64,000 nt of DNA from the NCBI GenBank assembly GCA_964019335.1, contig OZ025703.1, forward strand, positions 310,001 through 374,000, written 5' to 3'. The notes under the pieces were generated by a model that saw only the letters and a list, made by a program, of their open reading frames with translations, made no database searches and was not told the origin of the DNA. Each line of letters opens with the position of its first letter. The first letter of the stretch is position 1. Positions 11,657 to 23,952 of the stretch are shown here, in pieces. The stretch is from Diplonema japonicum. Taxonomy: Eukaryota > Protista > Euglenozoa: Diplonemea. A program made the translations under genes and the position numbers.

Positions 11657-12661
11657 ATGACCCGGAAACACGAGAGAATATTTAGCAGCAGCACTTTTGT
11701 TCCAAGCAAAGATGATCTCTGCGAAGTGTTCAAAGAAGCTCTGAAGGAGAACTTCAATGAGGTAGAGTGCAAGGTGGCAGCGTGTCCGGACTTAAGGCGG
11801 TTTGGGCTGGCCGCAGAGGGTCTGGGAGGCGAGGTAGATTACGCTGAATGTGGGACGATCCTCGGCTCTATGTTCAATCCGGGTAAGCAACACGACGTGT
11901 TCAACCTCCCAGAAACCGCAAAATGCTTTGGACGTGAAAACGCATTTGTCATAGGAGCTGGAGCAGGTTCCACAGATGAGTTCAGAGTCAATTCAGAATG
12001 GACGGGAAATGCAATTCTTGAAGACTCACGGGTATCGGTGAACAACTCGAGAGTTGCTTACATTACTGATATGACAAAGCTCCCCGAGACTGTTACAGTG
12101 AAGACTGCTGACCGCAAGGGTGAGTTCGGATGTATTGGCAACCTACTCTTCACCGCAGGAACACAAGGCGATGTTGTTCAAATCAGAGCCAGGGTGAGAA
12201 AATCCGAGAAGAACTGGTCTGCCGACCCCCACGAACAAGAGTTTATCCGAATTCTCCGAACCGCCATGGCTAAAAAATGGCCCGAACCACACCAACAGGT
12301 TGTTGTAGGAGGTGTCATGATGGTTGTTAAAGGAAATACTGTCACTCACGTAATGCCTCCATATTTCCCCCCAAGCGGTGCTAAGCCTGGAAAATCCTTT
12401 CCAGACATGGGCGGTTGGTCTGAGAGATTTTTTCTTTCCAAAAGCCAGCTAGTTGCGTGCACTACTATGCTGAATCATCAAGGGAACAAGCCGGATAATT
12501 TCCAATGGAGGCTTGACCACACACATTTTTACACCCAAGATGGTAAAGAGGCGGGGCACTACCATTATGACGTGGATCCTGAAGTGGTGGAATACGTTGC
12601 TTTTTTGGTACCGGCTTCGAGGTGCCACAAAATAGACTTGCTGGGGTTTTCAAAATTATAA
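11657..12661 (+). CDS. C11orf54: DUF1907/C11orf54-like Zn-dependent ester hydrolase
   Basis: Motifs L..NF.EV...V..CPDL, AFVIGAGAG, DHTHFY and GHYHYD..PE.VEY are characteristic of the family. Confidence 0.8.
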   Translation: MTRKHERIFSSSTFVPSKDDLCEVFKEALKENFNEVECKVAACPDLRRFGLAAEGLGGEVDYAECGTILGSMFNPGKQHDVFNLPETAKCFGRENAFVIGAGAGSTDEFRVNSEWTGNAILEDSRVSVNNSRVAYITDMTKLPETVTVKTADRKGEFGCIGNLLFTAGTQGDVVQIRARVRKSEKNWSADPHEQEFIRILRTAMAKKWPEPHQQVVVGGVMMVVKGNTVTHVMPPYFPPSGAKPGKSFPDMGGWSERFFLSKSQLVACTTMLNHQGNKPDNFQWRLDHTHFYTQDGKEAGHYHYDVDPEVVEYVAFLVPASRCHKIDLLGFSKL

Positions 12662-13692
12662 AAAAAAAAAAAAGAAGAAAAATATACACTGGAAGGGAGG
12701 ACCATTTTATTTTATTTGTGAGAAATGAAGGATGAAACAAAAAAAAGAAAAAAAAAGATTTTTTTTTTAAATTGAATAGAAGACCCTTTTGCGCTGCTTC
12801 TTCAAAGGGAAAAAAAAAAACCCCTCCCCTCCCCTCCCCTCGTTACCCCTCCTTTTTTGCAAAAAATGAGAAATCGGAAAAAAAAGAAATAATGGAGGGG
12901 GAGGAAAGAAATAAAAGGAGAACGGGGTATATATGTCCGTTCCCATCCCGTTTCTTCTTTTTTTTCTTTTTTTTTCCCCGCTTCAAAAAAAAAAAGAGAG
13001 GTTCTGTTACGTTATGCAAATCGTGCCGAGAAAAAATATAAAGAAAATAAATGAAAAGTTTTTTATTGCAGCTTTTCTAAGTTTTCTTTTTTTTTTTTCC
13101 TCGTGCGAAAACAACAAAAAAAGACATAAGTTGTAATAGAAATTATCTTTTTGTTTTTGTTTTTACTATTATTTTTTCAACGTTATCTCTTACTTGTCTT
13201 CTCACTCTCTCTTCTCTTCCCTTCCTCCTTTTTTATTTTATTTTATTTATCTCTTCTCTCCTTTATTTCTCCTTTCTCCAATCCTTTTTAAAAAAAAAAA
13301 TAAAAAGAAAATCGCAACGCTGGCGTTATCCCCCTGGCCCCAAAATACCCCCCTTTCTTTTTTATTTTTTTTATTTTTATTTCTAACAAAGAAAAAAAGA
13401 AAAAAGAAAAAAAAGGGAATGTGAAAAACATCCTTTTGTTACCTTCTTGTTTTTGTTTTTTTTTTTTGTTTTTTTTTTTAAAGAAATCTTTTTTTTTCTC
13501 TCTTCCCTCCATTTTTTCGGAGGGGGAGGGAGGGAAAGAGGAGGGGGAAAAATGCGATATTTCAATTTTCCTCCCCCCCCCCCCCGTCTCTTCCACCCGA
13601 ACGCAGCTTTCTTTTGTTTTTTTTTTTCTCTCCCCCGCATTCCCACCACTCAAAACATAAAAAAAAAGAAAAGAGATGCAAGAATACAAAAC

Positions 13693-16452
13693 ATGAGCGA
13701 AAGCCAGAAGGAAGTAGATAAAAGTATCAATGAAGAAGAAGATCGCCAGAAGCACGAGAATCATGTAAAGGAAGGCGACCATCACGGCCTATGGGAGGGC
13801 TTCCGCAGCAGCTTTCGCAAAGACAGCAGCCACACAACAACAGGCTCCGGAGATCAACACCCCACCGAGCACGACCACTTCGCCCTGAAGGACGTGGCAG
13901 GAAACATAAACAAATGGATAGAAAAAGAAGAAGAGCTCCAGGCAAGAATACGAGCAAAACAAGCATCGTTAGCAGAACCCCGTGGTAACGAAGACGTCAG
14001 GGTACTCTCAGTTCTACAATACCTCGCAAGCGAGGTAAAGAGGTTCAGGTTGTACCGAGCGGTTCCAGGATATTTGTTGTTCTTGATCTTGTTGGTTACG
14101 ACGGCTGCTTTGACAAGCTTTGAAGGCTTCGACTCTAAAATGTATTTCCGCAACCTCGGTATGAAGAAGCTAACTTCTTCCGATGAAGATGACGAAATCA
14201 ACAAAACATTCTTACTAATCGACGACGAGGCCTCTTTCTACACATGGTTCACCACAGTCGCAACACGTATATGGACAGACACCACAACATCAAACAACAT
14301 TCGACTTGGGTACCTCCACACCAGGCAGTGGAGGGTCAGGCAGGTACAATGTGAATCCGGTTCATCACTCCACGCTTTATCGCCGAACGCAAAACTTTTA
14401 ACGTCTGAATGTTACCCTTCTTACTCCGCGTCAGATCTATCTTATGATGCGTACGGACCAGCCTTGCAGTACCTCCCGAACTCCGCTGTTCCCAATAGTT
14501 TGAACGGGGTTAAGATCGACGGTCTTCTTCACAATTATGAAGAGCTTGACGCTGCGTTTTCGTTGATTTATAGGTATACTGACCCGCTTGTTGGGGTGCA
14601 GACAGATATTGCTGGGCTGTCGACGGCGGGTTGGATCGATCGGCAGACACGTGCTATTTCAATAGGGCTTGTTACGTATAACCAGCCCGATGCAACTTTT
14701 GTTCATATCGAGCTGTGCGTTGAGATCACTGAAAGCGGGGTGTGGCTTCCTTCCGCGAGGTCGCGAGGGTTCACTTTTTTCTCGTTGCAGACACCAGCAG
14801 ACTATACCATTATCATACTCGACGGGCTGATCTTGTTGTACGTTCTTTTCGACACGGTGACTACTCTGATTTCAATCAAACGCGACCAGGAGCTGAACTT
14901 CTTGGGGTATTTTGCGATCGGAGCGTGGAACATATACATCCTCGCGATGGTGGGAACATTCGGGTATTACTACTACCTTCGAATCTCGTTGTGGGTAGTC
15001 GGGCTCTCCATGTCCGGTAGTTACTACGCAGATCGATCCACAGAGTTCGGCGGTGACAGCGATAAGGTCATGCAACAGCTGCTAACGGAGTACGGGACAA
15101 CATACGTGAATTGTTTCAACACGCTGGCCGTTCTCATGGCGTTGGCCTGGCTGCGGCTATTCCACTTTGTCCAGTACAACGAACGGATCAACTCTTTGAC
15201 AGAAACCATGAAAATCGCGATCACCAACTTGCTGTCGCTAGCGTTGATCTTCGTTTTTGTCCTCGTGGGTTACTCAATGTGGGGGCACCTCCTCTATGGA
15301 CACCACATCGAAGACTTCAGAGACCTTGTAAGGTCATCTGGCACGCTGCTCAGAGCGTTGGTGTTGGGAAGCCTCTCTGAGTACAAGGAGATGTCGGATA
15401 AGTTCTCGATTTGGACCGCGTTTTATTTCACGACGTTCTTCGTGTTGGGGTGGTTGATGATCTTGAACATTGTGCTGGCTGTCATCACCGGTGCGTACAT
15501 GATGGTGCAGGAGCACCGTCAAGGAGACCACGCGACATGGACCATCCCGAACCTTTACAGGGAGTGCAAAAAATGGTGGTTGAAGCTTCGGAACAAGCAC
15601 CTCACGTACATGGTGGACCCCGACCACCCCGACTACGACCATGAGGAGAAGTACCTCAACACCCGTGTTGACTCGATACGCGTTTTGAAAGTATGGTACT
15701 TCTCCTCAAAAGATACCCCCGAGTACATCAGCAAGGAAAAACTGAAGGAGCTTCTCGGAGGGCCCGACGGGATTCTGTGCGAAGCGTCGCTAGACCACAT
15801 TTTCAAGAAAGCCGCGAAAAAACAAGCAATGGGCACCCATGCTATCCGGCTTGGTGAACGGTGGGCGGCTCAACTCCAGTCGAGGACCAGGGCCATCGAA
15901 GGCATGCTCGGGAAGATGCAGAAACTCCCGCTGGAGAAGATCAAAACGATCTCGAATGTTGTGGAAGCGATGGATGAAAAAGTTGGGAAAACACAGGGAA
16001 CGGTGGAGGAGGTGAGCAAAAAGACTGGGGGTCTTGTCAAGGAGGTCAGGGGGATCAGCCACTCCACATCCACAACAGCCGCTCTCGAGAACAAGTTCGT
16101 GACGGAGATGAAAAAGGTCAACAAATCAGTTTCCAAGCAGCACCGTGTCCCTCCCTCTGGTTACTATGACAGTTACTACTCTAGCTACCAACAACCCTCG
16201 TACAATTACCCCTTGTCCACCTGGCCGGAGGAGATGACGGCCATCGACCCTCCAAAGCAATCCAACAGGAAAAAAAAGAAGTCCAAGCAATCCACTACCC
16301 CCGCCCCGGACCCTACTGGTTCCAACGAGCTTGTAAAACCCCTGATGGAGGATAGATTCATTGATCCGGCCCTTGGCTGGGACCAACCGGATTACACCAT
16401 GACAGTGGAAGAGAGGCGGCGGTACCTTCCAGACGGCAAGCTGGATGTTTGA
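13693..16452 (+). CDS. PKD2: Polycystin-2 (TRPP/PKD2-family) cation channel
   Basis: RQWRVR..C, GWIDRQTRA and LAWLRLFHF motifs, a pore region (LYGHHIEDFRDL) and LMILNIVLAVITGAY S6. The family is clear; orthology is not established. Confidence 0.85.
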   Translation: MSESQKEVDKSINEEEDRQKHENHVKEGDHHGLWEGFRSSFRKDSSHTTTGSGDQHPTEHDHFALKDVAGNINKWIEKEEELQARIRAKQASLAEPRGNEDVRVLSVLQYLASEVKRFRLYRAVPGYLLFLILLVTTAALTSFEGFDSKMYFRNLGMKKLTSSDEDDEINKTFLLIDDEASFYTWFTTVATRIWTDTTTSNNIRLGYLHTRQWRVRQVQCESGSSLHALSPNAKLLTSECYPSYSASDLSYDAYGPALQYLPNSAVPNSLNGVKIDGLLHNYEELDAAFSLIYRYTDPLVGVQTDIAGLSTAGWIDRQTRAISIGLVTYNQPDATFVHIELCVEITESGVWLPSARSRGFTFFSLQTPADYTIIILDGLILLYVLFDTVTTLISIKRDQELNFLGYFAIGAWNIYILAMVGTFGYYYYLRISLWVVGLSMSGSYYADRSTEFGGDSDKVMQQLLTEYGTTYVNCFNTLAVLMALAWLRLFHFVQYNERINSLTETMKIAITNLLSLALIFVFVLVGYSMWGHLLYGHHIEDFRDLVRSSGTLLRALVLGSLSEYKEMSDKFSIWTAFYFTTFFVLGWLMILNIVLAVITGAYMMVQEHRQGDHATWTIPNLYRECKKWWLKLRNKHLTYMVDPDHPDYDHEEKYLNTRVDSIRVLKVWYFSSKDTPEYISKEKLKELLGGPDGILCEASLDHIFKKAAKKQAMGTHAIRLGERWAAQLQSRTRAIEGMLGKMQKLPLEKIKTISNVVEAMDEKVGKTQGTVEEVSKKTGGLVKEVRGISHSTSTTAALENKFVTEMKKVNKSVSKQHRVPPSGYYDSYYSSYQQPSYNYPLSTWPEEMTAIDPPKQSNRKKKKSKQSTTPAPDPTGSNELVKPLMEDRFIDPALGWDQPDYTMTVEERRRYLPDGKLDV

Positions 16453-16582
16453 ACGAAACACAATAGAATTTTACAAAAGACTGCTATTCCTTTTTTTATT
16501 TATTTATTTTATTTATTTTCTTGCCCTCTAATCTCTTTCCAACAAACCAAAAAAAAAATTAATAAAAGGAAGGGGGAAGGGA

Positions 16583-18889
16583 ATGGAAAATGGCATCAAA
16601 CGAGTTGAGAGCGAAATAGACTTGACGCCAAGGACGCTCAGCCGTCGGGAATCCTTGCCAAGCCCAAGCATAGACAGGCACAGCCAGGTGGTAAGGGTGA
16701 ACTGCCTGTATGTGTCAAGGAAACAGTTGAGGTCGGCGACGGATGCGTTCAACGTGAGCCATGTCCGAAGCGACGCATCTGTAGTGCTGGCGCCCGGGCT
16801 GCAGGCCACAGTGCAGGTTGTTCAGGCAAGCAAAGCTGTGAAGGCACATGTTGTGTTCGATTTCAAAATCGGCCGGACCGCGAAACCAAAGCTCCTCGAC
16901 CTGCAATCCGAAATCCGAAAAAACCTAAGCATCCCGCTCGGCGTCGAACTGCAGCTGCAGATCATCCCGTCCAACGGCGACCACACCGTCAAGATCACTA
17001 CCGATGCACAACTCGCCGAAGCGATATCAGTCCATCAAGAAGAGCTTACAATACAAGTAATGAAGTCTGGGATTCGACTGTACCTCCCGTGGATCGCCAT
17101 AATCGTGTCCATCTTGGATGTTGTGACGACTGTACTTTTCGCAACGGAGCTGCTCCACCACGACGATACGCCTCAACGAATAGTCGGTGCCTCTGTTGCT
17201 GTTGCAACCGTCGTCGCGGTGGTTTTAAACCTCATTCAAGGGTTTCTCCACATCAAGCGGTCGATAAACGCGCACGGCCCTGCACATGAATGGGTCACCG
17301 TGCACATCTGCGAGACTGCGTTCGGGCTTCTGTTCGCGGGGTTGAATCTACTGAACCTGGAATGTTTATGGTCGCATTTCGACGTGTTAAGCTGTTTCAA
17401 CTTCCACTGCCCGATGCCAAGGGAACTGCGAAGAATGTCAGGCAAAGCAAGCATACCGAGCCTTGTACTGGGCGACGGTATGCCGATTGCCGCGTCGATA
17501 TTCGAAATAGTTAGTAGTGGGGGAGCCGGGTGGTACAGTATTGCAAGCGTGAGTACGTCATTGGCCTCGCTGGCGCTTTCGTTGGCTAAAAAGGTCATTG
17601 TTATGTTGTTTGTTGAAGGCGGGAGGTATCCTAACGGGGACGCGGATGACGACACTCAGAACAGCAAGGAGCTTGCCTCGATGATCGACAACACCACCGA
17701 TTTGCTCAAGCGACGCGACATCACGCTGCTGAAGTTCCACCTCGACGGCATCCCCTCCCTCGAACAACGCCCCCGCGCGCTCGCCGCCTTGGCCTGCAAA
17801 TTCCACGAAGTCTGCTTCATGTCTGTTCGCTCACAAGGGGGCATGGTCGTCTCTTTCACGGAAGACTCCGTTGAAGCTGTTTTCAACGCTCCAAGGGAGG
17901 TCAGACTTCATCCTGTTGCAGCGGTTTTATCAGCTTTAAATGTCGTGAAAGCATGGCCCGAAGCACGTTTTGCAGCATTGCAATCTCACAAATCGGGATT
18001 CACCATAACAACATCTGTCGTAACGGGAGAAGGTCATGTTGGCAATCTCGGTCCAAGAACGCGTAGGGAGTACAAGGTTGTGGGCGAGGCACGGAGCGAG
18101 CTGGACGAGCTAAGCAAGTTGGCGCGGCGGGATGGTATTCAAGTTCTTTGCAACGAGCCCGCGCAGTACCCTTGCAGGAGGGAGGGTTTGCTTGTCCGTG
18201 CCGTCGATATTCTTCGCAATGAAGTTCATGACGTGACCACCGTGTACCAGATCCTAGACCCGAAAGGAAAGCTTGCCAAACAATGGGGCGGCATGACCGT
18301 TAAGAAATGGGAGGGTTTTTTTGCGACGCTTGGGTCGGGCTCCTTGGTGAGCAGTGTCGACGCCCTTCGGGAGTACCTCAAGCTGGCGGAAAACGACTGC
18401 GTTGCCGAAAAACTTAAAAACCGACTCTTGAAACTACACGGAAGAGGCGGGACAAAATACTGCAGGGAACAAGGCAGAGCGATATGGGAGGAACCAGAAT
18501 CACCGCAGATGTCTTCAAGCCCGTCTCCTCAGATGCGTTCTTTGTCTGAGTTGATGCCTGTGTTGCAAGCTGGTTTTTTAGCTAAACAGCAGGCGGTTCA
18601 ACCACCTTCGTGGACACCGGAGTCGGATGACCTTCCTCCCAGGGTGAGGAGGAAGCCGCTGCCATCTCGGTCGCCTGAGTTTTCTACACCCGACGCTCCT
18701 GGGTTAACTGCGACAAATGGTTCGGTTTCTTCGTCGTTTTGTTTAATCCGACCTCCTAGTACTGCGCTTGAAGGGGATGTGACAGACAGTGGTGAGGAGG
18801 ACGAACCAGATGCGGTGGTACCCGAGCCTGAAGCAATCCCCGCCAGACACAGGCTTGTGCTCCCGAGGGTGAGTAACCCCTTACTTTAA
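16583..18889 (+). CDS. Multi-pass membrane protein with an N-terminal PB1-like domain and a degenerate class III adenylyl/guanylyl cyclase domain
   Basis: About 5-6 hydrophobic segments. Cyclase-like GGMVVSFTEDSVEAVFNAP, HPVAAVLSAL and VVTGEGHVGNLG...EYKVVGE. Confidence 0.7.
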   Translation: MENGIKRVESEIDLTPRTLSRRESLPSPSIDRHSQVVRVNCLYVSRKQLRSATDAFNVSHVRSDASVVLAPGLQATVQVVQASKAVKAHVVFDFKIGRTAKPKLLDLQSEIRKNLSIPLGVELQLQIIPSNGDHTVKITTDAQLAEAISVHQEELTIQVMKSGIRLYLPWIAIIVSILDVVTTVLFATELLHHDDTPQRIVGASVAVATVVAVVLNLIQGFLHIKRSINAHGPAHEWVTVHICETAFGLLFAGLNLLNLECLWSHFDVLSCFNFHCPMPRELRRMSGKASIPSLVLGDGMPIAASIFEIVSSGGAGWYSIASVSTSLASLALSLAKKVIVMLFVEGGRYPNGDADDDTQNSKELASMIDNTTDLLKRRDITLLKFHLDGIPSLEQRPRALAALACKFHEVCFMSVRSQGGMVVSFTEDSVEAVFNAPREVRLHPVAAVLSALNVVKAWPEARFAALQSHKSGFTITTSVVTGEGHVGNLGPRTRREYKVVGEARSELDELSKLARRDGIQVLCNEPAQYPCRREGLLVRAVDILRNEVHDVTTVYQILDPKGKLAKQWGGMTVKKWEGFFATLGSGSLVSSVDALREYLKLAENDCVAEKLKNRLLKLHGRGGTKYCREQGRAIWEEPESPQMSSSPSPQMRSLSELMPVLQAGFLAKQQAVQPPSWTPESDDLPPRVRRKPLPSRSPEFSTPDAPGLTATNGSVSSSFCLIRPPSTALEGDVTDSGEEDEPDAVVPEPEAIPARHRLVLPRVSNPLL

Positions 18890-19160
18890 ATTTTTTTTAA
18901 TTTTTTTTTTTTTTTTGAATTGTATCTCTAGATTTTTTTTCTTGTCAACAGAATTTTTTTTTTCCCCCCCCATCGCGTTTTCCTCCGTTTTTTTTTTTTC
19001 TAAAAAACTTTTTTTTTTTCTATTTTCCGTGTAAACATTTTTTTTCTTTCCCTTTTTTTTTCTTTCCCAGGTTTTTTCCTTTTAAAACTTTTTTTTGGTG
19101 GGTTTCACCGGGTTTTTTTTTTTAGGCGTCCTGCCACATACCGCAGGTACCCTTAAATGT

Positions 19161-19240
<80 letters not shown>

Positions 19241-20044
19241 CTGTTTAGCCCATCCAGTCTTATCCGTACACGTAATGGTGAATACGATGAAGTAAGAGGA
19301 AATAGTTTAAAAAAAATAAAGAAGAGGTGTTAAGGCCTTTGAAAGGGCGCACAGGGAATAACTCCCTCGTTGCTCTCTTTCGCTCCTTTTTTTTTTCCTC
19401 TGTTATTCTTTCTTACTTTTTTTTTGAAAAATAAATAAATAAATAAATAAATAAAGACTTTGAGAAAAAACTATTTCAAACTATCTCGAGCCCTTTTCTT
19501 GTAGCCCTCTCCCTTCCCTTCAGACCCCTCTAGACAACCATAAAAACTTAAACAAAAAAACAAAGCCCCAAGAATTAAATTCTATTCTCTCTCAAAGAGG
19601 GGGTAAGAAAAAAAACTGGGAGAATGATGAAGAGAGAGGGACAGTAAAAAAAAAAAGAAATCAATGGCAGATTTTTTTTTTTGGTTCCTTTTGTTCTTCT
19701 TTCATCTTCCTTTTTTTTTCCTTTTCCGTCACCCCCCCCCCTTTTTTTCTCGTTCTTTTTTTTTTCTTCAAAAAAAAAAAAGGAAAAAGGATGGGTCTTG
19801 TTTTTCTTTTGGAGAACGGGGGGGAAAAACAAAACCCCCCCTCCCAAAAAAAAGCAAAAGTAATTGTCTTGTTGTTTTAACCGTTTTTTTCTTCCCCCCC
19901 CCCCCATGCTATTTCTTTTTTATATCTTCCCTCATTACCATTTTTTCGAAACAACAAAATCTCAAGAAAAAGGCGTGGGAGGGAGGGGAGGGTGGGGGGG
20001 GGGAAGGTTTTTAAAAAAAAAAGAAAAAAAAATAATAATAATAA

Positions 20045-22560
20045 ATGGATTCCAAAGCATGGATAGAAACTTACGTGGATTTTCTACAAAAATTCAAATA
20101 TATAGTAGCGCTCATACTCTTGGGGCTGTTGGCACTGGGTGGCGTGATGGCGCCGCACTTCGCGAACGCCACCAGCCAAGACTTCGAACCACCGAGCAAC
20201 TCACGCGCCACCGGCGCGAGAAACATGCTAAACCAATATTTCCCCTTGATGAAACAATCAGCAAGCATTGTCCTCTTCATACAACTAAAAAACACATCTG
20301 GAAACTACATAGAGGTCCTGAGCGACCGTCTAAGGAGCTTCTCGTTCGCGATACAAAAACGGGCTTCCGAGTACCCAAGCGACGAGGGTATCCTCCTCAA
20401 CTCAGAAGGTTATTACACCTTAAGAAGAATCGACTTCGCCGCTGCGGAGCCGTTTCTCTCTTCGGATCATTGCGCCACCTTTATCTCCTTCACGATTGGT
20501 GTTCAAATGACATCCACAGCAGCTACAAACTACGCAAAATTCTTGAAAAACGAAGCCGTTCCTGAAATCCAAAGCAAGACAAACACCCTTGACTACGAGA
20601 TGACTCTAATGGGCAGCCCGGCGTTCTTAGAAACCATGATCGATTCGTCAACGTCAGATCTTGAAAGGGTTGACTCCATTGTTCTTCCCTTGGCTTTGCT
20701 GACATTGGCGTATATTTTGAAATCCCTCCGGCTGCTCATTCTCCCGTTGGTGTGCTTGGGCTTCTCCGCAGCCGGATCTTTTGGGATAATGTACGGTGTC
20801 GCAACGCGTTTTTCAGTATTCGCAGGCGCGCCTAGTTTAATGATGTCAATACTTATCGCAATGAGTATAGACTATGGGTTGTTTCTGTTATCAAGGTACA
20901 AGGAGGAGCTCATTAAGCAAAGAGAGTCCGGTAAAGAACTCGATACCAGGTTGGCGGTTATCACAATGCTTCATTCAGCAGGGCATACCATTACAGTATC
21001 CGGGTTGACGCTTGCAACGTGTTTTTTGGGTTTGCTGTTTTTTAGGATGTCAATAATGCGTTCCCTCGGTGTTGGCTGCGCCATCGTTCTGATGACGGTT
21101 CTGCTGAGCAATTTGATCATCGTTCCGTTGTTGTTGTGCTGGTTTCCGAGGTTTTTTCAAAGGTGTTTGGAAGAGGGTTATTTCTGCCCGCCGAGGCTGT
21201 GGTGTTTGGAATCGAAAAAAGACAAATTACCAAGGCTTCCCTCGGCATCGCCTCACGGTGTCGCACAACTACCCGAAGCTACCTTAAACGACGATCTTTC
21301 AACAGATTCAAGAGAATGCGACGATCCCACACTTCAAATCGGCCATGCGATAAAGCTGGCAAAGGTCCCGACGTCTGTCTTTTCCGCAGACGAGGATTCA
21401 ATTTGGTACAAGCTAGGGTGGAGGGTTGTCCGGTTCCCCTACAACGTGGTGGTCCCCATTGTGATAGTTCTGCTAACGCTTCCCTTCGACTTCTACGCGT
21501 TTAACTACGACACAACGGATGAAAACCTATACTTCCTTCCTAAACACTCTAAGGTTACGCAAGCATACCAACGAATGGGATCCGAGTTCGGCTACGGACA
21601 GGTCTACGCATACCAAATCCTAATGGTCCCCGACGATCCGACCGCAAAAATCCTCGACAAATCGAACAATTACAAATTATGGGCGCAGACCCGCGACGCG
21701 ATATTCGGACTGGTGAATGCATCGGCGAACGTACACGGCAGGAATTTTGAAGGACCATCGTTTGCTGGAAGCCCCATTGGAGGCGAGACGATGGCAACCT
21801 GTCTTGATGAAATGGACGCTGCGAATGTAACATGTGTAAATGTGTTACCAGTGGATATTAAATGCAGAGGGAATGTACTGCTTGCTTGCTCGTTCATGGA
21901 TACTCCGGAAAACCTTAAAGAGTCGCATTCAATGTGGTTCAGTTACGCTCCGAGCTTCGCCCCGATGGGCAAGGAGGGCAGCTCGTGGTTACACAACGCG
22001 AGAAAATACGCGGACGAATTCAACGCACGACAGAATATTTCAATGTACTTTATAGGCCCAGCCGCCGACGCCATCGATGCCGAGGATGGTGTGAACGCGG
22101 ATTTTACCACAATGGTCGGGGTTACCTCTGCGGTTGTTTTATGTTTTGTTGCCGTGTCCTTTAAGTCCATCACTATCCCGCTCAGATCAATTCTGACAAT
22201 CGGCCTGACGGTAATCTGGGTGTACGGTTTTGCAGCACTGGTATATCAGCACGGGGCTTTGACTTGGACCACCTTTGAAGGCTTCGATAACACCCACGCC
22301 ATAGTTTACATCATTCCCTTAATGACTTTCCCTATTGTGGTCGGGATTGGGCTGGACTATGATATCTTTCTCATTACACGTATTATAGAGTATAGGAGGA
22401 GTGGGTACTCCACAGAGGAGGCGATTTGCCAGGGTCTGGCCAAGACGGGGTATATAATCACCGCTGCTGGGGTGATTATGGCGACGGCTTTCAGTGGGTT
22501 GCTTTTTTCTGAGGAGCCTTTTATGCACCAGTTGTCATTTTATATGGTATGTCGGGGAAG

Positions 22561-22621
<61 letters not shown>

Positions 22622-22852
22622 TTTTCGCTGTTCTTTTCGACACTTTTGTGGTGCGGACTGTATTTGTGCCTGCATTGATGGGCATGCTTGGGGAGTGGAA
22701 TTGGTTTGTGTTTGGAAAAAAAAAAAATTAAAAAAATTAAAAACAAAAGGTACCCTTTTACGCTTCGAGGGGTGATCGAATATACCAAGGTGGACCTTTC
22801 GGACTCAGAAGGAGAATACGTGTCGTCAGGTGACGAAAACGAGGATCGATGA
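20045..22852 (+). CDS. MMPL/RND-family lipid transporter, ~895 aa; introns 22547-22620 and 22704-22749
   Basis: Duplicated motifs IAMSIDYGLFLLSRYKEE and GIGLDYDIFLITRIIEY, plus TG.IITAAGVIMA. Splicing restores FDTFVVRTVFVPALMGMLGEWNWYP, the typical MMPL C-terminus. Confidence 0.88.
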
Positions 22853-23789
22853 ATTGAAATTTACCCCCCCCCTATTTTTATCTTATTCTGCTACTTGACG
22901 AACTTCTTATTTATTTGAACACAAAAAAATGTAAACACACTACTAAAAAAAGTTTTTTCTTTCTTTATTTTGTTAGGGGCGATATGGGGGGGGGGGGGGG
23001 AGATGAAAGAGAAGGAGGGGGGAAAAAAAGAAGAAGAATTTAAAAGAAGAGTTAGTAACTTCTCTCTTCCCTACGTTTTTTTTTTTTTTTTCGCCCCTCA
23101 TTTTTTTTCTTTTTTTTTTCTCTCTTCTTTTTCCTCCCCGCCGCCGCCGGTCCTTCGTGTGCGTGCTTCCCCCCCCTTTTTTTTTTCCTTTTCTTTTCTT
23201 TCCACTTTTTTTTAAAGTGGAAACCGTGATCCGTTATGTGTCTTGTGTTTTATTGTTCTTCTTTTGCTGTTATTTTCAAAGGGGGTGATATTTTCCTGTT
23301 GAAGCCATCTTTGAAACAAACAATTTTGCAAATTACGACCAATCCCCTGTGGGCGTTAAGGCGTTACTTGTGGGTGTGGGGAAAATCTTTTTGTAAACGA
23401 AATTATTCTTTTTCTTTTTCCTTTTTTTTCTTTTTTTTTCCATGAAGAAAACTTCACTCGAGTGCTCAAGAACCACCCCCCCCCCCTTTTACCTCTTTTT
23501 TTTTCTTCTTCTTCCTCTTCCCTTTTTCTGTCACGAAAAAAAAAAGGAGCAGAAAAAAAAACAAGAAAAAAAAAAGAAAACAGGAAAAATAAAAAAAGGG
23601 AAGTTGGTTCAGTAGTCACAGATGAAGGGAGGGTGTTGTTGTTGTTCTTTTTTTTTTTTTTTTTTAAATATTTTTTATGTGTTTTCTTTTGAGAGGCTAA
23701 CTTACCTCAAAGATAAGAAAAAAAAAAAGAGAAGGAGGCCAACAGAACAGGGTAACGATAGGTTACACGACGTTTTTGAAAGGAAATTT

Positions 23790-23825
<36 letters not shown>

Positions 23826-23919
23826 AACTGTACAACCCGATAACAGTTCGCACATGTGGACATGCGAACCCTTAATCCGGAAAGCTCTTGAATCCCACCG
23901 TTTTACCCAAAATAATTAT

Positions 23920-23952
<33 letters not shown>

